Position numbers and translations under genes: made by a program. A stretch of 32,000 nt of DNA from Nostoc sp. PCC 7120 = FACHB-418 (GTDB lineage: Bacteria; Cyanobacteriota; Cyanobacteriia; Cyanobacteriales; Nostocaceae): the NCBI RefSeq assembly GCF_000009705.1, contig NC_003240.1:150001-182000 (forward strand), in the 5' to 3' direction. The notes under the pieces are model-generated. The model did not search any database. It saw nothing but the letters and a program-made list of their open reading frames with translations, and was not told the DNA's origin. This document shows positions 25,051 through 31,331 of the stretch, piece by piece. The first letter of the stretch is position 1. Every line of letters begins with the position of its first letter.

Positions 25051-25877
25051 CTTCCATAAACTACCAACATTTTTTGATAATAATTACGTAACTCTTCTAA
25101 AGATTTTGGGTTTTGATTGTACGAGTTGCAAATAAGACTGGCCCATACCCTACCTACTTTGCATACAGCAGTATCAAACCTTCCTGCTTCAATGTCACTT
25201 AAAGCATTATTACGACGAATATATTCAATTGCCATCTTGTCCTGAGAAGCTGGACTAAAATCTTTTAAGTTTAACTTTGGTTGAAGGTCATACCAACTTA
25301 TATCCAACATTTGATAAGCACCAGCCGCAGTCGAACAAACATTTTTACTATTAATAGGAGCGCACTGTTTCTTTAACGGGTGTGTAGAAAAATCATTAAA
25401 AGTTCCGTTAAATACTAACTTGCGATAACTTTCTGGCTCACTGGTTCCTGTTTCTGCCCAACGAATTGTTGCTAAAAAAGCACTCAAACGTGGTGAATAA
25501 AGATGTGGTAAGTAATCTCTTGCACTAACTCTTCTTTTTAAACTATTTGACGACAATGAATAAACACCAGTACCTTGAGAAATTGAGAAATAAATGCCTA
25601 AAGTAATTAAGGAAGCAGTTGACAAATGAATGGGTTGAAACCGGGATATAAATTGACGACGAGGACTGAAAATCAATCCTACTAAACCACCAACAATAAA
25701 CCCAAATTTCCAACTATCAACTGCCTTACCGAAACTACGCACTTGACAGACAGTATCCGCACCCTTTGATACCAATCCACATGGCAGTGAAGCTACTCCA
25801 TAGGAAAATGCAACAGAGCAGGCTGCACCAACTACACCTGATATAAAAATCGGTACAATTTGCATTGCTCTTGCCAA
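25041..25877 (-). CDS. Membrane-anchored glycoside hydrolase family 104 (phage lambda R-type lytic transglycosylase)
   Basis: The C-terminal half aligns by eye with lambda R: AFLATIRWAETGT (AFLDMLAWSEGT), STAAGAYQML (STGAGRYQLL), LKDFSPASQD (LKDFSPKSQD), VWASL (IWASLPG). The N-terminal half has several hydrophobic helices. Confidence 0.9.
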   Translation of the reverse strand: MARAMQIVPIFISGVVGAACSVAFSYGVASLPCGLVSKGADTVCQVRSFGKAVDSWKFGFIVGGLVGLIFSPRRQFISRFQPIHLSTASLITLGIYFSISQGTGVYSLSSNSLKRRVSARDYLPHLYSPRLSAFLATIRWAETGTSEPESYRKLVFNGTFNDFSTHPLKKQCAPINSKNVCSTAAGAYQMLDISWYDLQPKLNLKDFSPASQDKMAIEYIRRNNALSDIEAGRFDTAVCKVGRVWASLICNSYNQNPKSLEELRNYYQKMLVVYGSQK

Positions 25878-25891
25878 TAGCTAAATAACTT

Positions 25892-26590
25892 TCAACGGTT
25901 TGCTAAATATTCGTGTAAATAAGGACGAGGGTTCTGCGCTACACCATTAATCTGAACTTCAAAATGTAAATGTGGCCCTGTCGAAAACCCCGTACTACCT
26001 ACTGCTGCAATCATCTGCCCACGGACAACTTGTTGTCCCTGCTGTACATACAGCTGACTGGCATGACCATAGAGAGTAGATAAACTTCCCTGATGCTGAA
26101 TAATAACTGCTTTGCCATAACCATCCTTGTCACCCGCAAAAACCACTCGGCCAGCATCAACTGCATAAATTGGAGTACCCTTGGCTGCGCCAAAATCAAT
26201 TCCTCTGTGAAACTTGCGATCGCCTGTAATGGGGTGTGTCCGCCAACCAAATTCACTAGTTACAGGAGTACCAGCCGCAGTTGGAAAGGCAATTCGACCG
26301 TTATTTAAAACCTTATTACTAACAACAGTTCTAGGTAGTATTAGATTCTGGAGAGATTTAACTAACAATTGAGATTCAATCCATCCAGAAACCTGGGGAA
26401 TGACCATAGCTGCAATTACAACTGAGGTGGCGATCGCATATCTCCAACTTTCACTGGAATTAGTATCGGCTGTCTCATCCAAACTAGTTACAGTCGAATT
26501 ACTAACCTCCTTTTTACCGTCAGTTTCAAGGATTATTCGCATTGCCTCAACGCCTTTTTGCATTAGCAGGAGAAACCTGCCAACAACCAA
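25892..26590 (-). CDS. M23-family metallopeptidase (LytM/lysostaphin-type)
   Basis: FHRGIDFGAAKGTPIYAVDAGRV (HxxxD) and GSTGFSTGPHLHFEV (HxH), plus an N-terminal hydrophobic anchor. Confidence 0.9.
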   Translation of the reverse strand: MVVGRFLLLMQKGVEAMRIILETDGKKEVSNSTVTSLDETADTNSSESWRYAIATSVVIAAMVIPQVSGWIESQLLVKSLQNLILPRTVVSNKVLNNGRIAFPTAAGTPVTSEFGWRTHPITGDRKFHRGIDFGAAKGTPIYAVDAGRVVFAGDKDGYGKAVIIQHQGSLSTLYGHASQLYVQQGQQVVRGQMIAAVGSTGFSTGPHLHFEVQINGVAQNPRPYLHEYLANR

Positions 26591-26888
26591 TCTTTGCAGT
26601 ACTCAATACTTCCTCAAAATCATTCTGAGCTACACGGCAATCGGGAGAATTTAGGCCATCTCCGGATGTTGCAGATTCCTTAACTTTAGGGGAATAGTGC
26701 GTAGAGACAGGATTAGAAGATATATTCACGCTAGGTGCAGCAGTAGAAACAGCAGTCGGCGATAAAAATTGCAGCTTTTGTACCAATGCCACAGCATTAC
26801 GCCAGTTATAAAACTGCAAATATCCTGGTTGCAAAATATCTGCAATCCATACCAACAGTACGAACCAAAAAATTGCCTTTACCCACAT
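26547..26888 (-). CDS. Small N-terminally anchored hypothetical protein
   Basis: 113-aa ORF with the N-terminal TM helix AIFWFVLLVWIADIL. Its start overlaps the stop of the upstream ORF by 1 nt, which suggests operon coupling. Confidence 0.6.
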   Translation of the reverse strand: MWVKAIFWFVLLVWIADILQPGYLQFYNWRNAVALVQKLQFLSPTAVSTAAPSVNISSNPVSTHYSPKVKESATSGDGLNSPDCRVAQNDFEEVLSTAKIGCWQVSPANAKRR

Positions 26889-27376
26889 TATTCCAATTGT
26901 TTAACCACAGGCAGGGCAAAAGAAGGAACTTCTTTGGGTACAACTTCAATCTTCTTCCCAGATGCATATCCTGGCCCGGTATAACTGCCATTAAGGAGAA
27001 AATTCAAGAGCATTATTAACAACCACACTCCCACAGCAGCGACACCCACAGGAGATTTAATTACATCAGATAAAAAATATACTGGATACCAGCCAAATCT
27101 CCAGGGATTCTGCGGGTGTAGCCGATGTGCTTTCCAAGTCTCAATATAGGGAATTTCTATCTGAGGAACTCTCGGCTTATAGGCAGTAGGCGCATTAATA
27201 TACCTAACTTCTACGGGTTGAGTATCATAAGTGGTCATAGGAGAAACGCTAGGTTGGTGATTTACCATTCCTCCTTGCTGTACCTGCTGCAACATATTTT
27301 GCAACCGATTGGCAGGCACAATTGCTCCACCTTCAGAATAATCAACATCAAAATTACGGCGTTGATTTCTACTCAT
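26888..27376 (-). CDS. Hypothetical protein with a C-terminal TM helix
   Basis: 162-aa ORF with the hydrophobic segment VGVAAVGVWLLIMLLNFLL. It is tightly packed within the operon. Confidence 0.6.
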   Translation of the reverse strand: MSRNQRRNFDVDYSEGGAIVPANRLQNMLQQVQQGGMVNHQPSVSPMTTYDTQPVEVRYINAPTAYKPRVPQIEIPYIETWKAHRLHPQNPWRFGWYPVYFLSDVIKSPVGVAAVGVWLLIMLLNFLLNGSYTGPGYASGKKIEVVPKEVPSFALPVVKQLE

Positions 27377-27402
27377 AATATGACCTCAAATTAATTAACT
27401 AA

Positions 27403-27969
27403 CTAGCTGGCGGGTTTATTATTTATTTGGGAGTTAGTATCTTCCCAGAAATCTTCCTCTTGAAGTTGGGCGTAAAACTCTTCTGGAGATAACATTCCAG
27501 TTTGGTTTTGTACTCCATCTTCAACAACCTGATTACCATCTACTCGCCCTAATCCAGAAACAGCAGAACGAGGAGAAAATTGAACGACATTTTTAGCAGA
27601 AAACTCGTTATTAAATCTCATCCCATGAGGCGCAACTGGGGGGATTAAAGAAGGCTGAATATCAGTATTAGAAACACCAACATTAAGTTGTTGATTGCCA
27701 GAATTTCCCAAGTTATCAGAAACTTCATCTGTTTCTTCAACTGCATTGTTATAGTCAGAAATTCCCCAACCCAAAAAACAAGCAAATCCAGCCATAAATA
27801 TAACTGCACTCATCCAATGCACTCCTGAATTGGGAGATGGCATCATTTCAACCGTTGTGCGAGTTGAACCTTCCAGGGTAGTACGAATAGGGGTACGTTT
27901 GACTGCCGCTACAACATTGAGCGAACACAAAGCTATGCAAATTATCGCAGCAGCAAACTTAACATACAT
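27403..27969 (-). CDS. Hypothetical secreted or membrane protein
   Basis: 188-aa ORF with a signal-like N-terminus (FAAAIICIALCSLNVVAA) and a second TM segment (AVIFMAGFACFLGWGI). Confidence 0.6.
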   Translation of the reverse strand: MYVKFAAAIICIALCSLNVVAAVKRTPIRTTLEGSTRTTVEMMPSPNSGVHWMSAVIFMAGFACFLGWGISDYNNAVEETDEVSDNLGNSGNQQLNVGVSNTDIQPSLIPPVAPHGMRFNNEFSAKNVVQFSPRSAVSGLGRVDGNQVVEDGVQNQTGMLSPEEFYAQLQEEDFWEDTNSQINNKPAS

Positions 27970-27973
27970 GACA

Positions 27974-28816
27974 TCACTCCCCTGATTTATTAACAGGTTT
28001 TCTATTAGAAATTGGCTGGGGTAATTGCTTCTTCATTTGTTGGAGATATATTCGCCTTTCCTCCTCCTTCTGGCGTATTTTCTCGCGGATGTCTGCCACC
28101 TGTGCCATCTGCTCTACTGGATCTAAATACCCCCGCGCCCGTAATAACTGCGCCTGTGCAAGAGAGTATGGTTCTTGAGCATTCCTAATCTGAATTAGCA
28201 TTTGATTGAGATCGACTGATGGTTGAGATTCCAAATTCTGGGCGTAATCAATCGCCTCTAATTTACCCAAGATCAAAACAGCAGCAGCCCCGGTTGGTAA
28301 CTTCTCCTCAACTTTCGTACCATCGGTTTTGCGGTATCCCCAATAAAAAGTATTATTTCCAGAAGCCGCTTCTAGTAAAACATCCAGCGAGTTGAATTTA
28401 ACTATCTCCAGTGCCGGCATATAGTGAAGGCGGTAAAACCCAGATTTCTCATTAGCCTGCATTCTGGATATTTCACCCCGCAGTTGCTGTCCCCACAATG
28501 CCGCCGCTAACTGTCGCCAGCCTGTAAGAGTAGGGGCACCTTCTACTGAGGAGTAACTGGACAGATGGTCTATATTGTAGTCAGTACGGGAAAGTTTTTC
28601 TAAGTACACTTCTCGAATTTGGGCAACTTGCGCCTTTACTTGCTGTACCTCCGATATCTGATTACCTGGAATTTGTTGCTTCCATCCCACCATTAATGCA
28701 ACCGCCCCAATAACAGACAGCGCACTAACAGTCGAACAAACCGTCCACAAAGTGACATTTACCTTTTGTCTTCTTCGACTTGGTTGTTTATTTCGGACAG
28801 GTGTAGGAGTAAACAT
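27974..28816 (-). CDS. N-terminally anchored hypothetical protein
   Basis: 280-aa ORF with a single TM helix (LWTVCSTVSALSVIGAVALMV) followed by a soluble, partly helical domain. The gap to the next gene is 4 nt. Confidence 0.65.
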   Translation of the reverse strand: MFTPTPVRNKQPSRRRQKVNVTLWTVCSTVSALSVIGAVALMVGWKQQIPGNQISEVQQVKAQVAQIREVYLEKLSRTDYNIDHLSSYSSVEGAPTLTGWRQLAAALWGQQLRGEISRMQANEKSGFYRLHYMPALEIVKFNSLDVLLEAASGNNTFYWGYRKTDGTKVEEKLPTGAAAVLILGKLEAIDYAQNLESQPSVDLNQMLIQIRNAQEPYSLAQAQLLRARGYLDPVEQMAQVADIREKIRQKEEERRIYLQQMKKQLPQPISNRKPVNKSGE

Positions 28817-28826
28817 AATTTACCCC

Positions 28827-29045
28827 TCACGTATTATCAACAACCAACTGCAACTGAGGGCGCTTGTTTAACTCGCGTGCGATCGCAATTCCCGCACCAC
28901 CCACAACTATCCCAGTAAGTAGCAGCAGAGGATGCAAGGCAAGCGTGGCCCCCACTCCCAATAGCTGTCCTACTATCCCAGAAACACCCAAGTTCATTAA
29001 CAAACCACCCGCAGTGTTAACCAAAAAGTCAAATGCTGCACTCAT
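28827..29045 (-). CDS. Small glycine-zipper membrane protein (2 TM)
   Basis: 72-aa ORF with GGLLMNLGVSGIVGQLLGVGA and LLLLTGIVVGGAGIAIA. Confidence 0.55.
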   Translation of the reverse strand: MSAAFDFLVNTAGGLLMNLGVSGIVGQLLGVGATLALHPLLLLTGIVVGGAGIAIARELNKRPQLQLVVDNT

Positions 29046-29105
29046 ACCTGCTCCCTGGCAATAATGCGACTAAAATCAGTAATTGCCTTGATTTTGAAAA
29101 GTTGA

Positions 29106-29366
29106 TTAGGTTTTTTGTTCGTCCCTAGTAAACCAAATTATTACTAGTGACAAAATTAAACCAACTAATTCACCTATACCCACACCAATCAAAATTGGCT
29201 GAATACTCGGAATTTCCTGCCTCTCTTGTGTTGGGGGAACCGCTACCCATGTCCCAACCACAGTACCAGCTACTACCGAAAGTAAATTTATACCAACTGC
29301 TTGGGTAGATGTTTTTCTCAAATTAAGTAAACTCTCATCCCGTATTCGATAGCAGATGGGTAACAT
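29106..29366 (-). CDS. Small 2-TM membrane protein
   Basis: 86-aa ORF with LLSVVAGTVVGTWVAV and ILIGVGIGELVGLILSLVIIWF. Confidence 0.55.
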   Translation of the reverse strand: MLPICYRIRDESLLNLRKTSTQAVGINLLSVVAGTVVGTWVAVPPTQERQEIPSIQPILIGVGIGELVGLILSLVIIWFTRDEQKT

Positions 29367-29374
29367 CTGAGCTA

Positions 29375-30004
29375 CTATTTCTTCTGAGATTGCCCGGTTT
29401 TCGGCTGCGAGGACTTCAACTGTCTCGGCTGCGGTGTCGATGTACCGACCAACAGAGGATGAGTCTCTTCCCCCCAGTTCACCTTGCCGAAAAAATCGTT
29501 ATCAATACGCGAATTGATTCGCTCTTGCGCCTGGTTGTAACCAGCCGCAACGGAAGTATTACCTTCAGCCAGCGAACTACTGCCATGAAAAACAAATTCT
29601 TCTAGAGCAAGTGTGGAAGATTCAAGCACTACTTTATGGCGTAATTCTCCTAACTGAATTCCCCTGTCTGCATCCCGATAAAGTATTCCTACAAAACTAT
29701 CGGAGGAAGCTTGTTCTGGATCTACGCCAAATCGCTGTTTAATATACTCGCGCTTGTCGAACTTATGTTCGCCTACTTCTGATTTGCGATCGCGCATTGC
29801 AATCAAGTGCTGGGCAGCTTCTTCCAAGGACATACCTTCACGAGAAGCTATCTCTTTAAGTTGAACTAATTGCTGTTCGATTGTTTCGTCAAGCGTATCA
29901 TTTGGCTGCAAAGCTAAATCTAACAACCGACAGCAGGTACGTACTACATCAAGCGACACCTGCAAAGTCTCTGCCACTTTGTTGATATGCTTCATTGCGC
30001 TCAA
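29375..30004 (-). CDS. Hypothetical soluble protein
   Basis: 209-aa ORF, second gene of the operon. Its start region overlaps the 3' end of the HTH gene. No motif recognised. Confidence 0.6.
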   Translation of the reverse strand: MSAMKHINKVAETLQVSLDVVRTCCRLLDLALQPNDTLDETIEQQLVQLKEIASREGMSLEEAAQHLIAMRDRKSEVGEHKFDKREYIKQRFGVDPEQASSDSFVGILYRDADRGIQLGELRHKVVLESSTLALEEFVFHGSSSLAEGNTSVAAGYNQAQERINSRIDNDFFGKVNWGEETHPLLVGTSTPQPRQLKSSQPKTGQSQKK

Positions 30005-30362
30005 TTCTCCTAATTACTGATTGCACAATTGGGTTATTTTTTTCTTCATCAGATATATGCTTGGTCAAAAAGTTATAAAGGGTTAAGCCATTGACTTTTT
30101 GTAAATAAGCATCTAAGCCACCAGCAGGAATTACTTGCTGTAAATATTCCTTATACGTCAACCGCCGAATTTTGGTAGCAACGTAGAAAACATCAGCAAT
30201 CTCAACTGTTGCTGCATCAAAATATCCTCCCCGCTTTCGCGGTTTTACTATACCCGCATAGGGATACCACTTTTGTAAAGCAGAGATTGAAATTCCGTAT
30301 CTTTCGGCAAGTGTTTTTTGGGTGTAGATAACGTTTTCACATATCATCAAACTCAATTCCAA
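29949..30362 (-). CDS. Helix-turn-helix protein; first gene of the minus-strand operon
   Basis: YTQKTLAERYGISISALQKW is a typical HTH. It is preceded by a roughly 375-bp AT-rich non-coding region. Confidence 0.6.
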   Translation of the reverse strand: MELSLMICENVIYTQKTLAERYGISISALQKWYPYAGIVKPRKRGGYFDAATVEIADVFYVATKIRRLTYKEYLQQVIPAGGLDAYLQKVNGLTLYNFLTKHISDEEKNNPIVQSVIRRIERNEAYQQSGRDFAGVA

Positions 30363-30738
30363 GTGAAAGACAACATCAATGAGAAGCGAATTAAACTAGC
30401 GCATTACTAAACTGTTTATAAATTAGAAAATAATTTACCAAATATGCCAGTTTAGTACAGGTATAGCTCAACTCAAATACATCTATAGTTCAACCTATCT
30501 CCAAATAAACTGCACACTAGCCAAGTTACATACTGCCTGTTGATAATGCAAGCACGTTTGTATATATGAGTAAAAACAATAAAAAAAATACTCTTTTAAT
30601 AAAAAATTACTCTAACAGAAATATATAACGAAATATGGGACTTAATAGCCTGTGAGAAGTTCATCGAACTTTTACCCATTTATCTTGCAGTATCATGTTA
30701 TGAAAATACTTGCCTTCACAATCTAATAACTGCAAAGC

Positions 30739-30987
30739 TTACTCTTGTTGAGAAATAGCCTGCTGCTGTTTCTTTACCGCGCGAGCTATCAGAGGGGCTT
30801 TTTTCTCTAATCCTTGTAGAGTCAAATCACCATCCAAATAAAGTTGATACCATTGTTGACGCTGGCGCAAGACTCTTTCGTCATCCCGTAACCGCAACCG
30901 TTCCAAAGTAAATTCTGCCCTTTGAAGTTGTTGCGGAGGAACTTTATCTGTTAATACTAATTGTAGGGAAGGAAGTAAAATTTCAAA
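30739..30987 (-). other. 82 sense codons in frame with, and directly after, the TAA of the HNH-like gene (lost C-terminus, readthrough extension or non-ATG small ORF)
   Basis: Hand translation gives FEILLPSLQLVLTDKVPPQQLQRAEFTLERLRLRDDERVLRQRQQWYQLYLDGDLTLQGLEKKAPLIARAVKKQQQAISQQE*. There is no ATG; the first TTG is at 30906-30904. Confidence 0.5.
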
Positions 30988-31326
30988 TTAATCTTCTCCC
31001 AAATCAAAAGGATCAAGCACCTGGTCGTCAAGTGTACCTTTACTACTATTAATCCAAGCAGAAGCAAAGCGTAAATTGCTCCATTCGTAAGCTAAATTGC
31101 GATAATTTTCACGGCTGCGATAATGATCTACTGTACCAACTGGTTCATACATAACGCTATAGCCACAAAGATTATTAAATCCATCGGCTAAAGAACTTTT
31201 GAAAGGCGACCAATAATCTCTGGTTCCTTTTTTGGGATCAGGATTTTTTTCCAACCAAGCATTTCCCGGTTGTCGCACTTTTTCATCAAAATTACGCGGT
31301 TCTGGAGGAGGATTAAATGGCATCAT
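30988..31326 (-). CDS. HNH-like nuclease of the TIGR02646/PtuB type (Cys-poor variant)
   Basis: CGYSVMYEPVGTVDHYRSRENYRNLAYEWSNLRFASAWINSSKG follows the C.YC...DH.....W.NL....CN..K layout but lacks most zinc-binding Cys residues. I prefer the ATG at 31326, which lies 5 nt after the ATPase stop, over the overlapping ATG at 31389. Confidence 0.6.
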   Translation of the reverse strand: MMPFNPPPEPRNFDEKVRQPGNAWLEKNPDPKKGTRDYWSPFKSSLADGFNNLCGYSVMYEPVGTVDHYRSRENYRNLAYEWSNLRFASAWINSSKGTLDDQVLDPFDLGED

Positions 31327-31331
31327 CTGTG

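Noticed and set aside
26011-27394. ORFs 26011-26256 (-), 26093-26308 (+), 26400-26654 (+), 26769-26984 (+), 26786-27019 (+), 26806-26991 (-) and 27125-27394 (+)
   Set aside because: They overlap the M23 peptidase and the coupled small-protein genes. The in-operon frames give hydrophobic-helix proteins with tight coupling, and these alternatives do not.
28864-29605. Plus-strand ORFs 28864-29064 and 29390-29605
   Set aside because: They are antisense to operon genes. Their Pro/Ser/Arg-rich translations are typical of the reverse frame of Gly/Ala/Val-rich membrane proteins.
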